From positions 930,001 to 962,000 of the forward strand of contig NZ_CP045921.1 of NCBI RefSeq assembly GCF_025273655.1: a stretch of DNA of 32,000 nucleotides, in the 5' to 3' direction. Position numbers and translations under genes: made by a program. This DNA is from Candidatus Saccharimonadota bacterium. Lineage in GTDB: Bacteria > Patescibacteriota > Saccharimonadia > Saccharimonadales > Saccharimonadaceae. The notes under the pieces were generated by a model. It saw only the letters and a list, made by a program, of their open reading frames with translations, was not told the origin of the DNA and did not search any database. Of the stretch, positions 24,303 through 30,469 are shown in pieces (position 1 is the stretch's first letter; each line of letters opens with the position of its first letter).

Positions 24303-24376
24303 ATTGTTCCTTTCTGTAGTAACTATGGTGCGCCAGCACAAAAAAGGGGATTTGTGCTGGCGCAAAAATGGTCTCG

Positions 24377-25009
24377 TTAGGAGTTAGGCATCAGTACAGC
24401 GTTGACCACGTGCGTCACGCCGTTGCTACTAATCACATCGGCAGTCTCAATACTCACTTTGTTACCTTTGGCATCTTGGATCTTAAGCTCGCCGCCGTCC
24501 ATGACAGGCGTCAGCATTTCACCCTCTACACTCGTGAGCATCTCCCCTTTCGCCGCCATCGCCTTCAGGTCGGCCGATGTATAGGTGCCAGATACGACAT
24601 GGTAGGTCAATATTTTGGCAAGCATATCTTTGTTCTCTGGCTTTTGGAGCGACTCAACTGTTGCCTTGTCAAGTTTGGCAAACGCGTCGTTATTCGGACC
24701 GAAGACCGTAAACGGACCCTCACCCTTGAGCGTGTCTACTAGATCTGCTTTTTTAACCAGGCTCACGAGTGTCGTGACGTTTTTTGCCTGCGCGGCATTG
24801 TCCACAATATCTTTGTCGCGCACCATCTTGGCTCCGCCTACGGTGACGCCGTCACCACCCTCAGAATTTGCGCTGCTCATCTGCGTAGTGGTGGAGTTCT
24901 TGTTCGAGTCCATCTTCATGCCACCAAGCATATAGCCACCGAACGCGCCGACCACAATACCAATTACTGCTGCAATCATTATTCCTACTACATTATTTCC
25001 CGAATCCAT
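24377..25009 (-). CDS. Membrane-anchored fasciclin (FAS1) domain protein
   Basis: 210 aa. N-terminal TM. FAS1 motifs GPFTVFGPNNDAFAKL, ILTYHVVSG and VTHVVNAVLMP. AGGAGG SD 7 nt upstream. Confidence 0.85.
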   Translation of the reverse strand: MDSGNNVVGIMIAAVIGIVVGAFGGYMLGGMKMDSNKNSTTTQMSSANSEGGDGVTVGGAKMVRDKDIVDNAAQAKNVTTLVSLVKKADLVDTLKGEGPFTVFGPNNDAFAKLDKATVESLQKPENKDMLAKILTYHVVSGTYTSADLKAMAAKGEMLTSVEGEMLTPVMDGGELKIQDAKGNKVSIETADVISSNGVTHVVNAVLMPNS

Positions 25010-25076
25010 ACCAGATCCTCCTGTATTAATTATTGCCCTATAGTCAAGTTATTTCGTAGACTTAATTAGTTTACTT

Positions 25077-25103
25077 AGTTAACTTAACTTGTTACTATAG
25101 TAA
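25077..25103. promoter_or_regulatory. Palindromes in the FAS1/marR divergent region (candidate MarR operator)
   Basis: 12-bp perfect palindrome TTACTATAGTAA (25092..25103), followed by a TATAGTA repeat. 8-bp palindrome AGTTAACT (25077..25084). Confidence 0.35.
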
Positions 25104-25141
25104 TATAGTACGAAAGGTATTGTCAACAACTCACGAATCAC

Positions 25142-25597
25142 ATGAACGAAGATATTTCTCAAATCACCACCTATGAAAGCGGCATCATGCAGTCAGCGGC
25201 TCACCGTATTCTCGGCCGCATCGAATCCGAATATCTCGCACAGTACAACCTCACTTCTATGCAGTGGTTTGCCGTCGGCATAGTGCGCGATGCAGGTGAA
25301 CGAGGCATCGGCTTGAGCGATCTCATGAGAACACTTGATACTACCATGCCCTATATCACTACACTCGTTGCCACACTCGAAGCAAAAGGCATCCTGCACA
25401 AAATCAGTGACACCAGCGACAGCCGCGTCAAACTTGCCGTCCTCAATCCCAAATATCGCAAAACCGTCGACAAAATCGAACTGGGCCTAAGGGATGAGCT
25501 CAGGCTCAAACTCTATCGCGAAGATCACATCACTCGCGAAGAGCTCTCTAGCTATATCGCGGTACTTTATAAAATTGTACAAGCAAGCAAACTGTAG
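25142..25597 (+). CDS. MarR-family transcriptional regulator
   Basis: 151 aa. Winged-helix pattern LTSMQWFAVGIV...GIGLSDLMRTLDTTMPYITTLVATLEAKGILHKISDTSDSRVKLAVL. Confidence 0.85.
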   Translation: MNEDISQITTYESGIMQSAAHRILGRIESEYLAQYNLTSMQWFAVGIVRDAGERGIGLSDLMRTLDTTMPYITTLVATLEAKGILHKISDTSDSRVKLAVLNPKYRKTVDKIELGLRDELRLKLYREDHITREELSSYIAVLYKIVQASKL

Positions 25598-25612
25598 TAC
25601 AGTTACAGTTTG
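25588..25612. terminator. Hairpin spanning both stop codons of convergent genes
   Basis: CAAACTGTA-gtacagt-TACAGTTTG, a 9-bp perfect stem. It contains the marR TAG (25595..25597) and the hydrolase TAA (25603..25605). Confidence 0.35.
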
Positions 25613-26181
25613 TTCACCCGGTGCACAATCAACGGCGCATAGATAGTCAACATAGCAAATATCGAGAATAGGTGACCTACAGCCGGCAGTGTCATCTTCT
25701 GGCAGCCGGGTAGTAACGTCTGGGCAACAGGAACCGTCGGGTCATACCACGGTACCACCGATACGAACCTTCGCCGATCAGCCCTAGACAATCCGATTGC
25801 GACGACCTCCGCCCTGTGCATCGAATCTTGAAACGCCGGGTTTCGCCTATAGAGGTACGATGACACGTTGTCAGAACGAGTGTTTTTGCCACACAATGTC
25901 ACGAGGCCCACCAGTGTGTTTACGTGCTCGGCATAAAGCGTCAGTGCCATGCTACCACCTGCGCTTTCGCCCATCAATACGATCTTTTCGTCTGAGCTCT
26001 TATGTATAATCTCTTCTACCCGGGCACGTTTATCACCGTACGCTTCGTCGCTCATCCATCGCATCGGCACCATGGTTACCCGTACGCCGTACATCCGCCA
26101 CACACTCAAGCAGGCTCGTCGAATAGGGTCGTACCGATCACCCAGTCCAGGAGTATAGATAATATGGACGCGTCGCTTCAT
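25603..26181 (-). CDS. Small alpha/beta hydrolase
   Basis: 192 aa. Nucleophile elbow GESAGGS and C-terminal GH. No signal peptide. Confidence 0.65.
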   Translation of the reverse strand: MKRRVHIIYTPGLGDRYDPIRRACLSVWRMYGVRVTMVPMRWMSDEAYGDKRARVEEIIHKSSDEKIVLMGESAGGSMALTLYAEHVNTLVGLVTLCGKNTRSDNVSSYLYRRNPAFQDSMHRAEVVAIGLSRADRRRFVSVVPWYDPTVPVAQTLLPGCQKMTLPAVGHLFSIFAMLTIYAPLIVHRVNKL

Positions 26182-26215
26182 ATCTCTTCAGACTAAACCC
26201 TACACCCCCTGCTAT

Positions 26216-26246
26216 GCGAGCCGCCGGCGTAGTACCGGCGGCTCGC
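26216..26246. terminator. GC-rich hairpin downstream of csbD (no U-tract)
   Basis: GCGAGCCGCCGG-7 nt-CCGGCGGCTCGC, a perfect 12-bp stem. Confidence 0.35.
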
Positions 26247-26265
26247 GAGCGCGGTGGAGATGAGA

Positions 26266-26484
26266 CTATTTTGGTTCGTCCTTGTCGTCTCCATTTAGTC
26301 TATCGCGTACGTTGTCGAGACCTTCGTTTACAGCATCACCGACTTTGTCTTTGGTCTCATCGGCTTTATCTTTGAGATCACCTGCAATCTGCTGTGCCTT
26401 GCCCTTGGCTTCCAGCTCTTGATCACCCGTCACCTTGCCAGTTACCTCCTTCGCCTTACCCGAGATGTCGTCTACCAGACTCAT
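26266..26484 (-). CDS. CsbD-family general stress protein
   Basis: 72 aa. GKAKEVTGKVTGDQELEAKGKAQQIAGDLKDKADE is a typical CsbD repeat. AAAGGAG SD upstream. Confidence 0.85.
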   Translation of the reverse strand: MSLVDDISGKAKEVTGKVTGDQELEAKGKAQQIAGDLKDKADETKDKVGDAVNEGLDNVRDRLNGDDKDEPK

Positions 26485-26519
26485 ATCTGCTCCTTTCGCT
26501 TAGTTGGTCATGTCTTTTT

Positions 26520-26528
26520 ATTATACCA
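26520..26528 (-). promoter_or_regulatory. Extended -10 for csbD
   Basis: Minus strand reads TGGTATAAT. A partial motif copy GCTTATGC lies 21 nt further upstream. Confidence 0.35.
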
Positions 26529-26553
26529 TCTGATAGCTATCAAAGTGCATAAG

Positions 26554-26760
26554 CTACTTGTGTTTCGTCTTTTTTGGCTTCTTTTCTTCGTCGAGGGCTA
26601 TACCTATAGCCACACCTACAGCCAAGCCAACTCCCATGCCAAGCCCTACATTATCAAACACAGTCAGACCAAGCACCGTACCCACCGCTAACCCAATACC
26701 TATTCCTATTGTGAGATACTGGTTTGAATCATCAGCCTTATTGCGTGATTTCTTTGCCAA
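26554..26760 (-). CDS. Small glycine-zipper membrane protein
   Basis: 68 aa. TTG start with a GAAAGGG SD inside the end of rdgB. GIGIGLAVGTVLGL...GLGMGVGLAVGVAIGIAL. Confidence 0.5.
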   Translation of the reverse strand: MAKKSRNKADDSNQYLTIGIGIGLAVGTVLGLTVFDNVGLGMGVGLAVGVAIGIALDEEKKPKKTKHK

Positions 26761-26765
26761 CTTAT

Positions 26766-27314
26766 TTACCCTTTCCCTTCCAGCTTATTTAGTAGCATCC
26801 GTATCGCCTGCGCGCGGTGGCTCAGCGAATTCTTCTTCTCCGCAGCCATCTCGGCAAAAGTCTCAGTCTCACTGTCCGGCACAAACGTGATATCAAAGCC
26901 AAAGCCCTCACGCGTCCGCGGCTCGACTACTTTGCCTGGCACATCTGCGCGCACCACTAGCATGTCTTTGCCGTCAAAGTAGGCGATGCTTGCCGATACG
27001 ATTGCGCGAGCTTCTTCGTTGCCTGCAAGTTTGTACAGCGCATCACCACCCAGTCGCTTGTTAAAAAACTTGATAAAAGGCCCTGGTAGGCCGTCTAGCT
27101 TTTCTAGCCCTGCAGACACATCTTCTACTACGACAGGCTTACCGACTACTTCGTATGCCCGGCGCGCTTTGTCCCTCACAATTTCTTCTGTATCGTCACT
27201 CTGAATTTCCGGTAAATCAACATCCGCGATATCCATGGCAATATCTGCAGGTATGATCTGCTGCCATTCTTTGAGCTTGTGCGGATTGCCAGTGACAAGG
27301 TAGAGGTGTTTCAT
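26766..27314 (-). CDS. rdgB: Non-canonical purine NTP pyrophosphatase (RdgB/HAM1 family)
   Basis: MKHLYLVTGNPHKLKE, FGFDITFVP and SHRAQA motifs. The ATG at 27314 lies 6 nt downstream of TGCTATACT. The ORF-track start at 27416 adds an implausible leader. Confidence 0.85.
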   Translation of the reverse strand: MKHLYLVTGNPHKLKEWQQIIPADIAMDIADVDLPEIQSDDTEEIVRDKARRAYEVVGKPVVVEDVSAGLEKLDGLPGPFIKFFNKRLGGDALYKLAGNEEARAIVSASIAYFDGKDMLVVRADVPGKVVEPRTREGFGFDITFVPDSETETFAEMAAEKKNSLSHRAQAIRMLLNKLEGKG

Positions 27315-27320
27315 AATTTC

Positions 27321-27329
27321 AGTATAGCA
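27321..27329 (-). promoter_or_regulatory. Extended -10 with leaderless geometry for rdgB
   Basis: Minus strand reads TGCTATACT-gaaatt-ATG (6-nt spacing). Confidence 0.45.
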
Positions 27330-27427
27330 AAACGTATAAAATCCCGTCCTCTCAGGAAAATACCAGGTATAAGGGATATATTGTAGTAGATAGTGGCTTG
27401 GTCCACAGTCGCCCAAAGGAGGTCAAT

Positions 27428-27973
27428 ATGCAACTAGGTGGAAAACATATCGCGCTAATCGCGACAGATGAATTCGAAGATAGCGAACTTACCCAGCCTC
27501 TCGATGCGCTTCGCGAGACGGGTGCAGAAGTTACTGTGGTATCTATCAAGCCAGATACGATCACTGGCAAGAACGGCACCGAAATACATGTTGATGCGCT
27601 CGTAGATGATGCAGATAGCAGTGAATATCACGGCCTAGTGATACCTGGTGGCGTGGGCAATCCAGATAAACTGCGCACCGACGAAGGCGCTGTGTCATTC
27701 GTACGAGATTTCTTCGAACAACATAAACCTGTCGGCGCTATTTGCCACGGCCCATGGCTACTCGTGGAGGCAGACGTGGTAGATGGCCGCACGGTCACCT
27801 CGTGGCCAAGCCTCAAGACAGACCTAGTCAATGCCGGCGCAAACTGGGTCGATGAAGAAGTCGTCGTAGACGAAGGCCTCGTGACAAGCCGTAATCCAGA
27901 TGATTTACCTGCGTTTTGCAGCAAGATTATAGAAGAATTCGCCGAAGGCAAGCACGAAGAGCAGACTGTATAG
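27428..27973 (+). CDS. DJ-1/PfpI-family protein (type 1 glutamine amidotransferase-like)
   Basis: AICHGPWLL nucleophile elbow. AAGGAGG SD 6 nt upstream of the ATG at 27428. Confidence 0.85.
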   Translation: MQLGGKHIALIATDEFEDSELTQPLDALRETGAEVTVVSIKPDTITGKNGTEIHVDALVDDADSSEYHGLVIPGGVGNPDKLRTDEGAVSFVRDFFEQHKPVGAICHGPWLLVEADVVDGRTVTSWPSLKTDLVNAGANWVDEEVVVDEGLVTSRNPDDLPAFCSKIIEEFAEGKHEEQTV

Positions 27974-27986
27974 TCTGCTCTAGCCG

Positions 27987-29357
27987 CTACGCATATGGAG
28001 TGACGTTACCAGAATTCTTGCGCAGGTACGCACGGAGTATTTTGTACGTATCGATATCAAATCCGTTCGACAGGCGCTCTAGCGTCGGCTCGAACTCATG
28101 ATGCATGATACCCTCTATCACCCACTGATCCACGATGAGTGATTTGAGCTCGCTGATCTTCACAGCGATTTTAGTCTTGAACGGCCACACTTCGATACGT
28201 GAACGACCGAGCGCGAACTCTGCCCGTTCATTGTACCCCGACGGCAGTTCTTCGCCGCCACATGCACCCTTACACAGCCCTAGTTGATAGCGGAAACAGT
28301 AGCTTTTTGCCTTCTCGAGCCCCATGAGCTTCGGACATAGCTGATACGTACGCGTCAGACTCTCGAGTGCCGCCTTTGCTTTTGCGCGGCTGGTGTAGAC
28401 GCCATAGACTTTGTCGAGGTCGGTCACATCAGATAAGTCGCGGTTTTCTATGGCGATGGTCAGGTAGCCATGATCGTCGTACTTCTTCAGCAATACAGAC
28501 TGAGTGGTTTTGCGGCGGAGCAGGCGATTGAATGTCGGCTGAAGTTCTTTTACCTTGGCAGATTCGAGCAGCAGCGCTTCTATCTCCGTATCCGTCTGCT
28601 CATACGACACATTGAAGCTACGCTGGGAGATCTTCATTTCTTTTGCCACCTTGGTATCATTTGCGAAGTGCGACATCACCCTGCTGCGGATATTGACACT
28701 TTTGCCGACGTACAGCGGCGTACCCTCTTCATCTTCAAATATGTAGATACCTGGAGCAGTAGGGAGGTGCGCGAACTTGGTCTCGTCGAGATTGGGCGGT
28801 AGCGTCTTGGTCTTCATCTGCAGGGCGACGTTTGCGAGGAACGCGTCACGGCCCTTCTCAGATATGGCTAATCTGGTGAATTCGTAAATCGCCCGCGCGT
28901 CGTCGTATGCCCTATGCCTATCCTCTACCACTATGCCGTGCCGATTGATAATCTTCTCGAGACTGTGGCCTTTGTGCTCTGGATACATGCCTCGTGACAT
29001 ACGGACCGTGCAAAAAAGCTTTGGCTTGTAATCATGGCCAAGTGCGGCAAAATGCGAGCGAAAAAACGAATAATCGAACCGTACGTTGTGCGCCACGAAT
29101 ATCGCTCCGTCGAGTATCTCCCGTAGCTCACTAGCAATATCTTCGAAGTAAGGAGCATGAGTGAGGTCGCTGTTCTTGATACCCGTCAGCCGTTCGATCC
29201 AGACAGGTACGCCAGTGCCGGGATTGACCAGGCTTTTGTACTCACGTACCACCTGACCCTCTTCGACCCGAATCAAGCCGACTTCAATAATCCGTCCCGA
29301 CGGGCCGTTTCCTCCATTTGTTTCTATGTCTACGAAGACTGTGGGTTCGGAGAACAT
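27987..29357 (-). CDS. DnaQ-type 3'-5' exonuclease fused to a GIY-YIG/UvrC-N-terminal (Cho-like) nuclease
   Basis: 456 aa. DEDDh motifs FVDIETNG, AHNVRFDYSF and HRAYDDA. GIY-YIG region PGIYIFEDEEGTPLYVGKSVNIRSR. UvrC-like Cys motif CFRYQLGLCKGAC. Confidence 0.85.
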   Translation of the reverse strand: MFSEPTVFVDIETNGGNGPSGRIIEVGLIRVEEGQVVREYKSLVNPGTGVPVWIERLTGIKNSDLTHAPYFEDIASELREILDGAIFVAHNVRFDYSFFRSHFAALGHDYKPKLFCTVRMSRGMYPEHKGHSLEKIINRHGIVVEDRHRAYDDARAIYEFTRLAISEKGRDAFLANVALQMKTKTLPPNLDETKFAHLPTAPGIYIFEDEEGTPLYVGKSVNIRSRVMSHFANDTKVAKEMKISQRSFNVSYEQTDTEIEALLLESAKVKELQPTFNRLLRRKTTQSVLLKKYDDHGYLTIAIENRDLSDVTDLDKVYGVYTSRAKAKAALESLTRTYQLCPKLMGLEKAKSYCFRYQLGLCKGACGGEELPSGYNERAEFALGRSRIEVWPFKTKIAVKISELKSLIVDQWVIEGIMHHEFEPTLERLSNGFDIDTYKILRAYLRKNSGNVTPYA

Positions 29358-29365
29358 GTATTATT

Positions 29366-29374
29366 ATTTTACCA
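29366..29374 (-). promoter_or_regulatory. Extended -10 for the exonuclease/Cho gene
   Basis: Minus strand reads TGGTAAAAT, 8 nt upstream of the ATG, with no SD. Confidence 0.35.
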
Positions 29375-29400
29375 AGAATTGCTGAGAGTCTCCTGGCAAG

Positions 29401-29431
29401 AAAAAACGACCACGCAAGGTGATCGGTTTTT
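29401..29431 (-). terminator. Rho-independent terminator after the tRNA
   Basis: Stem CGATCAC/GTGGTCG (one mismatch) flanked by A- and T-runs. On the minus strand it is followed by TTTTTT. Confidence 0.6.
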
Positions 29432-29433
29432 CT

Positions 29434-29510
29434 TGGTAGCACCGACAAGAATTGAACTTGTGACCTCAGGCTTATGAGTCCTGCGCTCTAACCAACTGAG
29501 CTACGGTGCC
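29434..29510 (-). tRNA. tRNA with anticodon CAU (elongator Met, or Ile2 if lysidine-modified)
   Basis: 77-nt cloverleaf on the minus strand: GGCACCG-TA-GCTC-AGTTGGTTA-GAGC-G-CAGGA-CTCATAA-GCCTG-AGGTC-ACAAG-TTCAATT-CTTGT-CGGTGCT-A-CCA. The CCA end is encoded. Confidence 0.9.
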
Positions 29511-29525
29511 GCAAATACAGACGTT

Positions 29526-29534
29526 ATTGTAACA
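29526..29534 (-). promoter_or_regulatory. Extended -10 for the tRNA
   Basis: Minus strand reads TGTTACAAT, 15 nt upstream of the mature 5' end. Confidence 0.35.
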
Positions 29535-29556
29535 GATATACTGTACTTTTTCTACC

Positions 29557-30105
29557 CTAGGCCCGTTGATACAGTTTCCAGAAAATCAGCGCTGCACCAG
29601 CTATGAGCGCCAATGTGCCGATAGCGACACCGAGGCCTTGCGTAATCCCGCCGAGGATCGTATCAGCGGGCAACCACCCCAGCTGGCCGAAGATGTAGTT
29701 CCAGTCATGCTGCACCGTCTCGCCCGGCCCTATGAGCGTTAGGGCTTGGGTACGGGCATCTGCCATATAGCGGCCTACACTTCGAAGTGCCAGCATGAGC
29801 CAAAGCGCTGCAAAGACCGCAGCGAAATACGATCTATACCGCAGACATGCCCACAGAAGCAGCACGGTAAACGCAATCTCGCCCACTGACCCCGCCATCG
29901 CTACCAGCAGACTCGGCAGAAACATCACGACTAGATGCGACGCCTCGTGCACACCAAACTGTACAAAATACATACCGCCCACCAATATGTTGGTATTTGT
30001 TGCTACGTCGAACTGGAGTATCTGCCACCACAAGTACGCAAACAAAACCCACCCGACAACGTACAGCCAGGTGGGCAAGGGGAGAAGGCTACTCGCGGAT
30101 TTCAT
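29557..30105 (-). CDS. Polytopic membrane protein with an HExxH motif (putative intramembrane metalloprotease-like)
   Basis: 182 aa and about 5 TM segments. FGVHEASHLVV lies at a membrane boundary. No other family motif recognised. Confidence 0.5.
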   Translation of the reverse strand: MKSASSLLPLPTWLYVVGWVLFAYLWWQILQFDVATNTNILVGGMYFVQFGVHEASHLVVMFLPSLLVAMAGSVGEIAFTVLLLWACLRYRSYFAAVFAALWLMLALRSVGRYMADARTQALTLIGPGETVQHDWNYIFGQLGWLPADTILGGITQGLGVAIGTLALIAGAALIFWKLYQRA

Positions 30106-30127
30106 AGCCTCTACTGTAGCATAAGTG

Positions 30128-30319
30128 TTATGCGGCTAGGTCGAGATCGCTCTGAGCAAGTTCGTCGAAGCCCTCGCCTAGCGTCACGTCTTGCATAGCA
30201 CTGCTACCGAGTTTTGCCGTCACGAAGTCTAGCCGACGACGAGTTTCTACCCTATCAATATCTACTGTTTCCTGCGCCGGGGTATCAATAGCAATACCTC
30301 GCTGTTCGAATTCGAGCAT
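30128..30319 (-). CDS. Small acidic hypothetical protein
   Basis: 63 aa. AAAGGAAC SD and a good promoter upstream. Its stop is 22 nt before the HExxH gene. Confidence 0.45.
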   Translation of the reverse strand: MLEFEQRGIAIDTPAQETVDIDRVETRRRLDFVTAKLGSSAMQDVTLGEGFDELAQSDLDLAA

Positions 30320-30361
30320 GTAGCGTTGTTCCTTTTGTTTGTGTTATGTTCTAATATGCTT

Positions 30362-30390
30362 ATATTAGCATAAACATCATAAAATTGCAA
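30362..30390 (-). promoter_or_regulatory. Promoter for the small acidic / HExxH gene pair
   Basis: Minus strand reads TTGCAA, 17 nt, TGC-TAATAT. Preceded by GTTTATGCTA, a 9/10 match to the recurrent motif. Overlaps the palindrome CTAATAT-gctt-ATATTAG (30351..30368). Confidence 0.45.
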
Positions 30391-30408
30391 TACCTTTCGA
30401 CCACATTT

Positions 30409-30446
30409 TTGACTACTGTTGCACGCTTATGCTATAAATAAGCGTG
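30409..30446 (+). promoter_or_regulatory. Promoter for the 6-TM / ATP-cone operon, with copy 4 of the 12-mer and an inverted repeat
   Basis: -35 TTGACT (30409..30414), 18 nt, TGC-TATAAA (30431..30438). ACGCTTATGCTA at 30423..30434. Inverted repeat CACGCTTAT-gctataa-ATAAGCGTG at 30422..30446. Confidence 0.45.
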
Positions 30447-30469
30447 AGGATTACTCAAAACAGACATAT

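Noticed and set aside
24303-24365. N-terminal extensions offered by the ORF track (24303..24365, 27315..27416, 27398..27427, 13179..13373, 30419..30469, 18936..18965)
   Set aside because: Each extension lacks an SD or promoter, starts at a non-ATG codon or overlaps a neighbour. An internal ATG with an SD or a 6-nt leaderless -10 gives a canonical protein N-terminus.
29373-29381. 9-nt match (CAAGAATTG) to the tRNA T-arm region (29446..29454), considered as an att site of an integrated element
   Set aside because: The match is too short to distinguish from chance. No integrase or other mobile-element genes flank the tRNA.
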